Notes: generated from the sequence alone by a model not told the origin. Shown: positions 1 to 9,714, counted from the stretch's first letter. The stretch is 64,000 nt of DNA from an uncultured Verrucomicrobiae bacterium (GCA_963836755.1 CAWIKF010000002.1:1856001-1920000); one strand, 5' to 3'. Numbers and translations are program-made.

Positions 1-1
1 T

Positions 2-301
2 CCGCTCCGCCAGCTCGCCGACAACGCGGGCCAGGAAGGCGCGCTCATCGTGCAGGAAGTCAAGAAACGCAAAGGCAACGAGGGCTACAACGTCGCCACC
101 GGCGAATACGTGGACCTCGTCAAAGCCGGCGTCGTTGACCCGACCAAGGTCACCCGCAGCGCGTTGCAAAACGCCGCGTCGATCTCCGGCCTGCTCCTCA
201 CCACCGAAGCCATCGTGACCGAACTTCCTGAAAAGGAAAAAGGTCCGGCGATGCCACCGGGCGGCGGCGGCATGGGCGGTATGGGCGGCATGGACTACTA
301 A
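2..301 (+). CDS. groEL: Chaperonin GroEL, 3' end (truncated by window start)
   Basis: [42 protein letters not shown] and GGM-repeat tail. Confidence 0.97.
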   Translation, partial: PLRQLADNAGQEGALIVQEVKKRKGNEGYNVATGEYVDLVKAGVVDPTKVTRSALQNAASISGLLLTTEAIVTELPEKEKGPAMPPGGGGMGGMGGMDY

Positions 302-328
302 GTCCGCGCGTCAAAGTTTAACCTCAAC

Positions 329-364
329 AACAGCCGGGCTCGCAAGGGCCCGGCTGTTTCTTTT
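329..364 (+). terminator. Intrinsic terminator after groEL
   Basis: aacagccgggctc-gcaa-gggcccggctgtt hairpin followed by T-rich tract. Confidence 0.85.
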
Positions 365-379
365 GGGCTATGGAAGAGT

Positions 380-640
380 GAGGTTTTCGCTTCCGCTGAC
401 GAGGTTTTCCGCGACAGAAAACCGGTTTTCCGCCGCAGGCACGAGGTTTTCCACGCCGGAGATGGGTATTTTGCGACAGAAAACCTTGTATCCGTCGCGG
501 AAATGAGGTGTTCCGCGTCTCCTGCGAGGTATTCCGGAGCGCCGGGAGGTATTTTGCGACGGAATACCTAGCATCCCTCGCGCGCCACCTCGTCCGCGGA
601 CTGGATTACCCTGTATCCGCCGCAGCCGGGCGGGATTTTT
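380..640. repeat. Degenerate 21-bp tandem array 1 (~12 units)
   Basis: Units start at 380, 401, 422, 443, 464, 484, 505, 526, 546, 567, 588, 609; core GAGGTWTTCC; two units are 20 bp. Confidence 0.8.
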
Positions 641-723
641 CACTCTCTTCCAGAGTAAATGCCTAAGAAACCGACGCTACACCGCCAATCATGGGCAGGG
701 GTGCCGCGGCCACAGTAATTCGC

Positions 724-939
724 TTACCCGAGGCGATAGACGATCCGCGCCTTATTCAGATCGTAAGGCGACATCTCGAGTTTCACCCGGTCGCCGGTGG
801 TGAGGCGGATGAAGCGCTTGCGCATTTTTCCGGAGATGTGGGCGAGGACTTCATGTTTGTTGTCGAGCGCGACCTTGAACATCGTGCCAGCGAGAACGGC
901 GACGATTTTGCCTTCGGTTTCGATTGTTTGTTCAGCCAT
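724..939 (-). CDS. infA: Translation initiation factor IF-1
   Basis: IETEGKIV...[39 protein letters not shown]. Confidence 0.97.
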   Translation of the reverse strand: MAEQTIETEGKIVAVLAGTMFKVALDNKHEVLAHISGKMRKRFIRLTTGDRVKLEMSPYDLNKARIVYRLG

Positions 940-964
940 GTAGGAACTGCGGAGTTTTTTGGAG

Positions 965-998
965 AAAAAAAAAGCGAGGCCTGTTGCCAGGCCTCGCT
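965..998 (-). terminator. Intrinsic terminator after the RRM gene
   Basis: 11-bp stem agcgaggcctg/caggcctcgct with a 9-A run on + strand (U-tract on - strand). Confidence 0.85.
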
Positions 999-1010
999 CA
1001 CATTTTTGAC

Positions 1011-1292
1011 TTAGCGGCGTGAACCGGAGAAGGAGCGCGCGGGGCGTTCTTCGCGGGCGCGGGCTTCGTTCACAGTCAGGTTGCGACCGTCGACGGTTTT
1101 GCCGTGGAGGGCGCCGATGGCTGCCTGCCCGGCGGCTGCGTTCGCCATGGTGACAAAGCCGAATCCGCGGGAGCGGCCGGTCATTTTGTCCTGGATGAGC
1201 GCGGTGTCGGAGACATCGCCGAAGGGCGAGAAAAGATCCTGGAGATCGTTCTCAGTGGTGTCGAAGGATAGGTTTCCTACGTATAGTTTCAT
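1011..1292 (-). CDS. RNA-recognition-motif (RRM/Rbp) RNA-binding protein
   Basis: RNP2 LYVGNL and RNP1 RGFGFVTM; start at MKLYVGNL. Confidence 0.95.
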   Translation of the reverse strand: MKLYVGNLSFDTTENDLQDLFSPFGDVSDTALIQDKMTGRSRGFGFVTMANAAAGQAAIGALHGKTVDGRNLTVNEARAREERPARSFSGSRR

Positions 1293-1423
1293 TTGGTTTT
1301 TGATATCAGTTTGAATTGGCGAGCTTCTGAAGCTGTTCCCGAGAACCGGGTTTCGAATCACCAATGAGAAAACTCACCTGACGATCTACCACGCTACGAA
1401 CACGAACAATCAACTAAGCGGCG

Positions 1424-1452
1424 AGAGTAAGCGCGCTGGCGGAATTGTGCAA
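1424..1452 (-). promoter_or_regulatory. Putative sigma70 promoter of the RRM gene
   Basis: TTGCAC-N17-TACTCT on - strand. Confidence 0.55.
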
Positions 1453-1586
1453 ACGAAAGTTTTACTTTTCCGGCGATGATGGCGAATCGTGGGGCGGATG
1501 CTCGCGTGCAGTGGCCTTTGCCGAAAGCCGAATCTTTTTCCAAAAAACCGCTTTTTGGCGCAAAAATAAATTGACGCGCGAGCCAG

Positions 1587-1601
1587 TGAGACTGAGTCTC
1601 A
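1587..1601. promoter_or_regulatory. Fur-box-like 7-1-7 operator upstream of the iron permease
   Basis: TGAGACT-G-AGTCTCA perfect palindrome just downstream of TTGACG (1571-1576). Confidence 0.6.
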
Positions 1602-1608
1602 GAAGCGC

Positions 1609-2634
1609 ATGAGTGACATCGCTCTCACCGACGTTTATCGCGAACCGGCAAGGCCCGCGCTCCCGATGCTGCCGAAATGCCTTTTGATTTTCGGGGGATT
1701 GCTCGTGGTATCGCTGCTCATTTGGCAGGGGCTCGCTGCGAAGGGCGCGCCCGATCCGCTCTCGGAGCAATCGAGTAGGTTCTCGGCGACCTTTGACATC
1801 GCGGTGCTGGTTTTTCGCGAGGGACTGGAATGCGTGCTCGTCCTCTCGGCGATCACCGCGAGCATGGTCGGCGCGAACGCCGCTCATAAAAAGCCGGTGG
1901 CCGCGGGCGTCGGCGCGGGATTTCTCGCTACGATCGCGACATGGTTCATCGCGGTGGCGATCATCGCGGATCTGACGCAAAACGTTTCCGCGCTCGACAT
2001 CCAAGCGGCAACGGGGCTGCTCGCGGTCGTTGTTTTGCTCGTGGTGATGAATTGGTTTTTCCACAAAATCTACTGGGGCCGCTGGATTACGCTGCACGGG
2101 AAAAAGAAAAAGTCGCTGCTTAACGAAGCAAATGGATCGCTGATCACGCGCCGGCGTCTTTTCTGGGGACTCGGCTTGCTCGGCTTCAGCGCGTTTTATC
2201 GCGAGGGATTCGAGGTCGTGCTTTTCCTGCAGAGCTATCGCTTGAAAATGGGGAGCTCTGTGGTGCTCGGCGGCGCGGCGATCGGGATGTTCTTTTCCGC
2301 GCTTGTCGCTTTGTTAACGTTTGTTGCCCATCATCGTCTTCCGTATCGGCGGATGCTCGTGCTGACCGGCGTGATGCTCGGGTTCGTATTGATCGTGATG
2401 GTCGGCGAGCAGGCGCAGGAAATGCAGCTCGCGCGATGGATTTCGACGACGCCGATCAAGGCGCTGGCAGATTTCACGCCGAATTGGGCCGGAGTTTGGT
2501 TCTCATTTTTCCCGACAGTCGAGACGATCGCGGCGCAGATTCTTGCGGCGGCGATCGTGATTCTTTCCTACTTCCTCGCGCGGTCGGAAATGCGAAACGC
2601 GCCGGCGCAAGTGGCCGCGCCGATCAATCGCTAA
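1609..2634 (+). CDS. FTR1/EfeU-family iron permease
   Basis: Two REGxE motifs (REGLE, REGFE), multiple TM helices. Confidence 0.9.
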   Translation: MSDIALTDVYREPARPALPMLPKCLLIFGGLLVVSLLIWQGLAAKGAPDPLSEQSSRFSATFDIAVLVFREGLECVLVLSAITASMVGANAAHKKPVAAGVGAGFLATIATWFIAVAIIADLTQNVSALDIQAATGLLAVVVLLVVMNWFFHKIYWGRWITLHGKKKKSLLNEANGSLITRRRLFWGLGLLGFSAFYREGFEVVLFLQSYRLKMGSSVVLGGAAIGMFFSALVALLTFVAHHRLPYRRMLVLTGVMLGFVLIVMVGEQAQEMQLARWISTTPIKALADFTPNWAGVWFSFFPTVETIAAQILAAAIVILSYFLARSEMRNAPAQVAAPINR

Positions 2635-4069
2635 CGACTTTTCCCGCGAGCTGTTCGTAGATCCGCTCGTATTGCTGGGCAGCGTTTGCCCACGAAAAAT
2701 TGCATTCCATCGCGCGAAGCATCAGCGCCTTCCACGCGGCGGAATCGGCGAAAAACTTTTTCGCGCGGCCGATCGCATCCCAAAGCGCCTCGGCGCTGTA
2801 TTCGTAAAATAAAAATCCATTTCCGTCGCCGGTCGTCGGATCGTAATCGGTGATGATCTGGTGCAGCCCGCCGCTGGCGCGCGCAAGCGGGATCGTGCCG
2901 TATTTCAGCGAATACATCGCGGTCAGCCCGCACGGTTCGAAGCGCGACGGGATCAGCGTGATGTCGGCGCCGGCCTCGGCGAGATGGGCGAGTTTGTCGT
3001 CAAAGGCCTTGTGAAATGCGAAGCGGCCCGCATGGCGTTTCGCGGCGACGAAAAAGTCGCGCTCATATTGCGGATCGCCTTCGCCGAGAATGACGAGCCG
3101 CACATCATCGGCGAGCAATCGGTCGAGCAGCGGCAGCAAAATATCGATCCCTTTTTGCTCCGCGAGCCGTGAAACCATCGCGATCACCGGCCCGCGCGGA
3201 TTCGGCTCCAGCGCGCACTCCGCGAGCAGCGCATCGCGACAAACTTTTTTCCCGGCCGGCGCGGACGGCTTGTATTTTTTCGGAATGAATTTGTCGGTCG
3301 CGGGATTCCACGTCGCGTAGTCCGCGCCATTCAAGATGCCGGTGAGCTTCCGCGCATTTTCGCGCACCACGACATCGAGCCCCGCGCCAAATTCCGGCGT
3401 CTGGATTTCGCGCGCATAATGCTCGCTCACCGTCGTGACCGCGTCCGCGTAAAGGATGCCGCCTTTCATGAAATTGAGCTGCCCGTAAAACTCCACGCCC
3501 TTTGCTCCGAAGTAATCGCCCGGCAGATTCGTCAGCCCGAAATCAACGCCCCAGAAACTTCCTTGATACGCAAGATTGTGGATCGTGAGCACCGTGCGAA
3601 ACGGCAGCGCCTGATCGCGCACGAAGACCGGCAGCAGCGCCGTCTGCCAATCATGCATGTGCAAAATATCGGGCGAGGGATTCACGCGCCGCGCGAGTTC
3701 CACGATCGCTTTCGTGAAAAAAATGAAGCGCTCCGCGTTGTCCTCGTAAGCGCGTCCGTCGGTGCCATAGATCGCGCTACGGTCAAAATATTCGTCGCGC
3801 TTCACGAGAAAAACCTGCACGTCATTCGGCGCGAGCGTTTCCAGAATTTCCGTGTCGATGCGGCGGCTGCCGACTTGCACTGTCATTTGGACGCCGGTGT
3901 TTTTGATCTTCAGCGCGCGGTTCTCGCGGATGCTGCGATAAAACGGAAGCACGACGCTCACCTCGTGCCCGCGCTTGTCGAGTTCCGCTGGCAGCGCCTC
4001 GAGCACGTCGCCGAGTCCGCCCGTGCGCGCGAGTGGCGCCATTTCGCTGCTGGCCATCAAAATTTTCAT
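2624..4069 (-). CDS. glgA: Glycogen synthase
   Basis: MKILMASSEMAPLARTGGLGDV, HMHDWQT, TIHNLAYQG, PSRFEPCGL. Confidence 0.95.
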   Translation of the reverse strand: MKILMASSEMAPLARTGGLGDVLEALPAELDKRGHEVSVVLPFYRSIRENRALKIKNTGVQMTVQVGSRRIDTEILETLAPNDVQVFLVKRDEYFDRSAIYGTDGRAYEDNAERFIFFTKAIVELARRVNPSPDILHMHDWQTALLPVFVRDQALPFRTVLTIHNLAYQGSFWGVDFGLTNLPGDYFGAKGVEFYGQLNFMKGGILYADAVTTVSEHYAREIQTPEFGAGLDVVVRENARKLTGILNGADYATWNPATDKFIPKKYKPSAPAGKKVCRDALLAECALEPNPRGPVIAMVSRLAEQKGIDILLPLLDRLLADDVRLVILGEGDPQYERDFFVAAKRHAGRFAFHKAFDDKLAHLAEAGADITLIPSRFEPCGLTAMYSLKYGTIPLARASGGLHQIITDYDPTTGDGNGFLFYEYSAEALWDAIGRAKKFFADSAAWKALMLRAMECNFSWANAAQQYERIYEQLAGKVVSD

Positions 4070-4203
4070 CGCGTGCGCATCAGAACACAGCGGTTTCCCG
4101 CCACGCAAATACAAACGTGGGCCGCAGCCTGCCGGGCCTTTAAATCGCGCTTGTCATCGATTTCTTCATTGCTACATTCCCCAGCCTTCACACGGTTCTC
4201 TGC

Positions 4204-4674
4204 ATGACGCTCGGCAACTTACTCACCGTCGAACAAATCATTCCCGAAATGAAAGCGACGGAACGTTACGCCGCCATTGAGGAGCTCACCGACTTGCTCG
4301 TCGCGCGCGGCCAAGTCGTCGCCGCCGACCGCGACACGGTGCTTCAAGCGCTCCGCGCGCGCGAGGAAACGATGAGCACCGGCATCGGCTTCGGTATCGC
4401 CATTCCGCACGCTTCGTCTGACCGCGTCGGCAAAGTCGTCGCCGCTTTTGGCCGCAGCACCGCCGGCATTGAGTTCGAGTCGCTCGATAATGCGCCGGTA
4501 AAATTCATCGTCCTCTTCATCGTCCCGAAGGACCAGTTCCAAACCCACCTCCGCACGCTCGCTGCCATCGCGAAATTCCTCAACGATCGCACCGTCCGCG
4601 AGCGCCTCGGCACCGCCGCCTCCGCGGCCGAAATCCTCACCATCTTCGAGAGCAACGCACCGGCGCGCGTCTAG
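4204..4674 (+). CDS. ptsN: PTS EIIA (Ntr/fructose-type) domain protein
   Basis: REETMSTGIGFGIAIPHA phospho-His motif. Confidence 0.85.
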   Translation: MTLGNLLTVEQIIPEMKATERYAAIEELTDLLVARGQVVAADRDTVLQALRAREETMSTGIGFGIAIPHASSDRVGKVVAAFGRSTAGIEFESLDNAPVKFIVLFIVPKDQFQTHLRTLAAIAKFLNDRTVRERLGTAASAAEILTIFESNAPARV

Positions 4675-4762
4675 GCGATTCGCCGCGGATCGACTCCCCC
4701 GATGAGTGCAGAACTTTTGCAGTCGCGCCGTCTTTTCATCCATCGGGAAGTGCGTCATTAAA

Positions 4763-6463
4763 ATGGAAACGCTAATTTCCCTCCTCGAGAAAAAGTTGCG
4801 CGACGCGCTCGCCGGCTTCGCGAAAATCGAGCCGCGCGTCACCGCCGCCGCCGACACCCGCTTTGGGGATTACCAGACGAATGTCGCGATGCTCCTCGCG
4901 AAAGAAATGCGCGCCAATCCGCGCCAGATCGCTGCGAAAATCATCGAGCGCATCGACGTCGCCGGACTTTGCGAAAAACCGGAAATCGCCGGCGCCGGGT
5001 TCATCAACTTTCGCCTCACCGGCACGTTGTTAAACACACGTTTGGCCGACCTCGCGCGCGAGCCGATGCTTGGTGTCCCGCGTGCGACGCCGAAAAAAAT
5101 CGTCGCCGATTTCAGCGGTGTAAACATCGCGAAGCCGATGCACGTCGGCCACATTCGCAGCACCATTCTCGGCGACACTTTGGTCCGCATCGCGCGCTTC
5201 CTCGGCCACGAAGTCATCGCCGACAACCATCTCGGCGACTGGGGGACGCAGTTCGGCAAAGTCATCTACGGCTGGAAAAACTTTCGAGACGACGACGCGC
5301 TCGCTGCCGATCCCGTCGAGGAGCTCGTGCGGCTTTATCAGCTCGCGCATTCGCTTTCCGAAAACGACGAAACCATTCTCAACGCCTGCCGCGCGGAGCT
5401 CGTAAAACTGCAAGCCGGCGACGCCGAAAATTCCGCGATTTGGAAAAAATGCGTGGAGCTTTCGTGGCACGAATTCGAGCGAATGTATGAGCTGCTTGAC
5501 GTCCATTTCGACGAGCATTTGGGTGAAAGTTTTTACAACTCGCGGCTCGCGCCATTGGTCGCGAAGCTCGAATCCATCGGCATCGCCGAGCAGAGCGAGG
5601 GCGCCACGTGCGTTTTCTTCCGCGACAATCCCGCGCTCGCCGCCAACCCGTGCCTCATCCGCAAAAGCGACGGCGGGTTTCTTTATGCGACGACCGACCT
5701 CGCGACGATCGAGTATCGCATCGAGCGCTGGTCTCCGGACGAAATCTGGTATGTCGCCGGCGCGCCACAGCAGCTGCACTTCGACCAGGTCTTCGCCGTT
5801 GCGCGGAAGATGGGCGTGACCGCGGCGCTCCGTTTCATCCCATTCGGCAGCATTCTCGGCGAGGACCGGAAGCTGATGAAATCGCGCGGCGGCCGCAACG
5901 TTCAGCTCGGCGCATTGCTCGCGGAGGCGCAGCAACGCGCGTTGTCGATTGTTGAACAAAAGAACACGGCGCTGCCCGATGCGGAGAAAAATGGAATCGC
6001 GCAAATCATCGGCATCGGCGCGGTGAAATACGGCGATCTCTCGCAGGCGCGGATGAGCGATTATGTTTTCGCGTGGGACAAAATGCTCGCGCTGCACGGG
6101 AACACGGCGCCGTATTTGCAGAACGCCTACGTCCGCATCCGCTCGATTTTTCGCAAGCTCGACGCCGCGTGGGAACCGCCGGCTGAGCTCGCGCTTACTG
6201 AGCCCGCCGAGCTCGCGCTCGCAAAAAAAATCCTTCAGTTCGGCGAGACGGTGCCGACGGTGCTCGACGATTTTCGACCGAACATTCTCGCCAGTTATCT
6301 CTACGAACTCGCAAACGTTTTCCACGCCTTTTACGAGGCGTGCCCGGTTTTGAAGGCGGAGGAGCCGGCGCGACAGTCGCGCCTCGCGCTCGCCGATCTC
6401 ACCGCGCGGATCCTCGCGCAGGGGCTCGCGCTTCTCGGCATCGGCGTGCCCGAAAAAATGTAG
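4763..6463 (+). CDS. argS: Arginine--tRNA ligase
   Basis: FGDYQTN, NIAKPMHVGHIRST, HLGDWGTQFG, GNTAPYLQNAYVRI, C-terminal PEKM. Confidence 0.97.
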   Translation: METLISLLEKKLRDALAGFAKIEPRVTAAADTRFGDYQTNVAMLLAKEMRANPRQIAAKIIERIDVAGLCEKPEIAGAGFINFRLTGTLLNTRLADLAREPMLGVPRATPKKIVADFSGVNIAKPMHVGHIRSTILGDTLVRIARFLGHEVIADNHLGDWGTQFGKVIYGWKNFRDDDALAADPVEELVRLYQLAHSLSENDETILNACRAELVKLQAGDAENSAIWKKCVELSWHEFERMYELLDVHFDEHLGESFYNSRLAPLVAKLESIGIAEQSEGATCVFFRDNPALAANPCLIRKSDGGFLYATTDLATIEYRIERWSPDEIWYVAGAPQQLHFDQVFAVARKMGVTAALRFIPFGSILGEDRKLMKSRGGRNVQLGALLAEAQQRALSIVEQKNTALPDAEKNGIAQIIGIGAVKYGDLSQARMSDYVFAWDKMLALHGNTAPYLQNAYVRIRSIFRKLDAAWEPPAELALTEPAELALAKKILQFGETVPTVLDDFRPNILASYLYELANVFHAFYEACPVLKAEEPARQSRLALADLTARILAQGLALLGIGVPEKM

Positions 6464-6496
6464 CGCATCGCGCGTCGCGGGTTACATTGCGGTCCG

Positions 6497-6820
6497 ATGA
6501 ATTCCGCCGAACCGATCAACGTCAACAACGACAGCTTCAACTTTGCCGTCGAAAAATCGCCGATTCCCGTCCTCGTCGATTTCTGGGCCCCGTGGTGCGG
6601 CCCGTGCAAAATGATCGCGCCGGTGCTCGATGAGATCGCCCGCGAACAGGCCGGCGCGGTGCGGATCGCAAAAGTGAACGTTGATGATGAACCGCAGCTC
6701 GCAGCGCGCTTCAACATCCGCTCGATCCCGGCGCTGCTGATTTTCCGCGACGGCGTGGTCAAAGAGACCCTCGTCGGGCTGACGAGCAAGCAGAATCTCC
6801 TCGCAAAACTCGCTGCTTAG
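6497..6820 (+). CDS. trxA: Thioredoxin
   Basis: VDFWAPWCGPCK. Confidence 0.97.
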   Translation: MNSAEPINVNNDSFNFAVEKSPIPVLVDFWAPWCGPCKMIAPVLDEIAREQAGAVRIAKVNVDDEPQLAARFNIRSIPALLIFRDGVVKETLVGLTSKQNLLAKLAA

Positions 6821-6834
6821 CGGCGGGAAAGTCG

Positions 6835-7086
6835 AATCCGGGACGTCCCAAATCAAATTTGGGAGGTTCCAAGTCCAATCCAGGGCGTCCCAAGGCTAAT
6901 CCGGGACTTCCCAGGTCCAATCCGGGCGGTCCCGAGCCGAATCCGGGACGTCCCGGGTTGAATCCGGGAGGTCCCGAGTTCAATCCGGGTGGTCCCGAGT
7001 TGAATCCGGGTCGTCCCGAGTCCAATCCGGGACGAGGAAACTTGCAGCCGGGACGAGGGAGGTCCGGTCCGGGAGCCGAAAATCGG
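6835..7086. repeat. Degenerate 21-bp tandem array 2 (12 units)
   Basis: Consensus AATCCGGGNNGTCCCRAGTYN every 21 bp from 6835; palindromic core CGGGACGTCCCG. Confidence 0.9.
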
Positions 7087-7149
7087 CGCTTTCTGCGCGT
7101 CGAGCGAGACTTTTTCTCTGTTAACGCAGCTTACGGCACCCGTGAGCAG

Positions 7150-7869
7150 CTACTTTTTCTCGTCCGGCGTCTTATTCTGAGACTGGTCCTCGGGCTTTTT
7201 GATGCCGAGCAGTTCCAGGTCGAACAGGAGCACCGAGTTGGGTGCGAGGCCTGAGCCTGGAGGCGGTTGTTCACCGTAGGCGAGATTGGCAGGCACGGCG
7301 AGTTGGTATTTTGATCCGACCGGCATCAGTTGCAGAGCCTCGGTCCAACCGGGGATGACTTCTTTGACGGGAAATTCCGCCGGTTCGTTGCGCTTGTAGG
7401 AGCTGTCGAATTCGTGACCGTCGATGGTCGTGCCGGCGTAGTTGGTGACGACGGTGTCGCTCGGTTTCGGAATCGGGCCTTTGCCTTGCGTCAGCACTTT
7501 ATATTGCAGGCCGCTCGAGGTCGTTTTCCATCCGTCCTTCTTTTTGTTGGCGTCAAGGTAGGCCTCACCGGCGGCTTTGTTTTTGCTGACCTCGGCCTGC
7601 GCCTTTGCGGCCATCTCAGTCGCAAATTGGTGCATGGTCGCCTCCATGTCTTGGTCGGTGAGCCGCGGTTTTGCGCCGCTGATGGCGTCGTTGATTCCGG
7701 CGGCGAGCATCGCGGAATTCACGTCGATTCCCTGGCTCTTCAGTTTCGAGCCGATGTTCATCCCGATCGAGTAGCTGACCTTGTCCTTCTGGTCTTTTGG
7801 CACGTCGTCGGCGTGGAGGGCAGTGGTGGTGAGGAGAGCCGCGCTGGCGGCGGCGATGATTTTGTTCAT
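7150..7869 (-). CDS. FKBP-type peptidyl-prolyl isomerase (FkpA/Mip-like)
   Basis: Signal peptide, KVSYSIG, SGLQYKVL, FDSSYKR, VIPGWTEALQLM. Confidence 0.95.
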   Translation of the reverse strand: MNKIIAAASAALLTTTALHADDVPKDQKDKVSYSIGMNIGSKLKSQGIDVNSAMLAAGINDAISGAKPRLTDQDMEATMHQFATEMAAKAQAEVSKNKAAGEAYLDANKKKDGWKTTSSGLQYKVLTQGKGPIPKPSDTVVTNYAGTTIDGHEFDSSYKRNEPAEFPVKEVIPGWTEALQLMPVGSKYQLAVPANLAYGEQPPPGSGLAPNSVLLFDLELLGIKKPEDQSQNKTPDEKK

Positions 7870-7947
7870 AAGGTAGAATCGCGTTTGTAGTGGAAAATTC
7901 TCGCGAGGCAAATCATTTGGCAAAGGCGAAAACGCAGCGGTGCCGGC

Positions 7948-8907
7948 TCAGCGGCGGCGGCGCGAATCGCTGCCGGTCGGCCTGTCGCCCGGGTATTGCT
8001 TTTGCGTTTTCCAGATGAGGCGCCAAGGCTCGTGTTTCACAGTGTCGCTGAATTGCTCGATGTTGTGGCCAGCTTCCTCGAGCCGCGGGCCCAATGCCGA
8101 CATCGTGCTGTCGAGTTTCTCCGAAGCGTGCCGGAAATTCCGGAGCGAGACTTCGATGTCTTCGTTCTTCGCGAGGTCGGTCGCGATTTTGTCGGCGCTC
8201 TGCAGCGCGCTTTGCAAATGGCTGTCGGGGCCGGTGATCATCTGGAGATTTTCGAGCGTGGCGTGGAGCTGTCCGTTTTTGCCGGAGAGATCGACAAGGT
8301 TCTCGCCAAGCTCGCGGAATTTGACCACGGCGAGGCTGAAGTCCGATTGCGGCGAGGTCATGACTTTCAAGTTATTCGCCGTGCCTTGCAGTTCGACCAT
8401 CGTCTTTTGCGCCTCGGTCGCCACGGGCGTGACGACATTTTTGATCACATCGACGGCGTCGGAAATCGACTGCGCGAAATCCTTCTGGCGCTCGCCGATA
8501 AAGTAAGCGTCGTTTGGCGCGATCTTGCTGCTTTCATCGCCCTCGGCGAAGTCGATCGCTTCCTCACCGAGCAGCGAATACGCGAGCATCCGCACTTTGA
8601 CTTTGCGGAAAATTTGCGCCGAGCGGTCGACGGTCACTTCGACCAGGCATTCGTAATTTTTGAAATTTGCCGGCCGATCCTGCTCGGGCACGGGCGAGCT
8701 GAGCTTCGTGACCTGGCCGATCTTGCGACCGGCGAGCATGACGGGCGCGCCTTGCTTGAGGCCGCCGGCGTTGTCGAAGAAAATGTGATACGTGTTGATC
8801 GGCTTGAAGACGCCGGGCGCGCCGAGCGCGAGCAGCACGGCTGTCAAAATGCCGAGGCTGACGATGACGAGCAGGCCGGTGCGGATTTCTTCTCTACGGA
8901 TTTGCAT
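7948..8907 (-). CDS. mlaD: MlaD/MCE-family substrate-binding protein
   Basis: N-terminal TM, FDNAGGLKQGAPVMLAGRKIGQV MCE motif, helical tail. Confidence 0.85.
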   Translation of the reverse strand: MQIRREEIRTGLLVIVSLGILTAVLLALGAPGVFKPINTYHIFFDNAGGLKQGAPVMLAGRKIGQVTKLSSPVPEQDRPANFKNYECLVEVTVDRSAQIFRKVKVRMLAYSLLGEEAIDFAEGDESSKIAPNDAYFIGERQKDFAQSISDAVDVIKNVVTPVATEAQKTMVELQGTANNLKVMTSPQSDFSLAVVKFRELGENLVDLSGKNGQLHATLENLQMITGPDSHLQSALQSADKIATDLAKNEDIEVSLRNFRHASEKLDSTMSALGPRLEEAGHNIEQFSDTVKHEPWRLIWKTQKQYPGDRPTGSDSRRRR

Positions 8908-8937
8908 CTGGTTTTTTGGCGCGGGCGAAAGGCGTGG

Positions 8938-9714
8938 TCAGTTGGTTTTGTGCTCCATGATCGGGCCGTCGGTTTTTCCTTCCACGAATTGCGCGACCAC
9001 TTCGTTTTGCGAGCGGCGGAATCGCTCGGGGCGGTCCTCGACGATGATTTTGCCTTGATAAAGCATGGCCATCCGGGTGGCGATTTTAAAAGCGCTGTCC
9101 ATCTCGTGCGTGACGATGATGGAGGTGGTGTTCGTTTTTTCGGTCAATGAAATAATCAATTCGTCGATGACCGATGAAATGACTGGGTCGAGGCCTGCGC
9201 TCGGCTCATCGAAAAGAATCAACTCCGGCTCGAGCACGAGCGCGCGCGCGAGGCCGATCCGTTTTTTCATGCCGCCGGAAAGTTCGGCGGGCATTTGATC
9301 GCCGGTCTCTTCCATGCCGACCATGGAGAGCTTTTCCTCCACGATCGCGTCGATTTCCTTGTCGGACTTTGTCGTCAATTCTTCGAGCGGCAGCGCGAGA
9401 TTGTCGTGCACGCTGAGCGAGCTGATGAGCGCGCTGTATTGATAGACCATGCCGATTTTTTGCCGCATGCGGTTGAGCTTCGGCCGGTTCATGCGCGTGA
9501 CTTCGCGGCCTTGGAATTTCACGCTGCCGCGCGTCGGATGCAGGATGCCGAGGATCAAGCGCAGCGTCGTGCTTTTGCCGCTGCCGCTCTGGCCGAGGAT
9601 GACGAGGCGTTCGCGCGGTTGCACGGTGAGGTCGAGGCCGCAGAGGATTCGTTTTTCGCCAAAGCGCAAATCGACGCCCTGCATTTCGACGATCGGGGTT
9701 TCGGGTTCCATCAA
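8938..9714 (-). CDS. mlaF: MlaF-type ABC ATPase
   Basis: GQSGSGKS, LSGGMKKRIGLARAL, DEPSAGLDP. Confidence 0.9.
   Translation of the reverse strand: MMEPETPIVEMQGVDLRFGEKRILCGLDLTVQPRERLVILGQSGSGKSTTLRLILGILHPTRGSVKFQGREVTRMNRPKLNRMRQKIGMVYQYSALISSLSVHDNLALPLEELTTKSDKEIDAIVEEKLSMVGMEETGDQMPAELSGGMKKRIGLARALVLEPELILFDEPSAGLDPVISSVIDELIISLTEKTNTTSIIVTHEMDSAFKIATRMAMLYQGKIIVEDRPERFRRSQNEVVAQFVEGKTDGPIMEHKTN

Noticed and set aside
368..643. 91-aa ORF over array 1
   Set aside because: Repeat phase changes within it and it lacks a credible start or protein features
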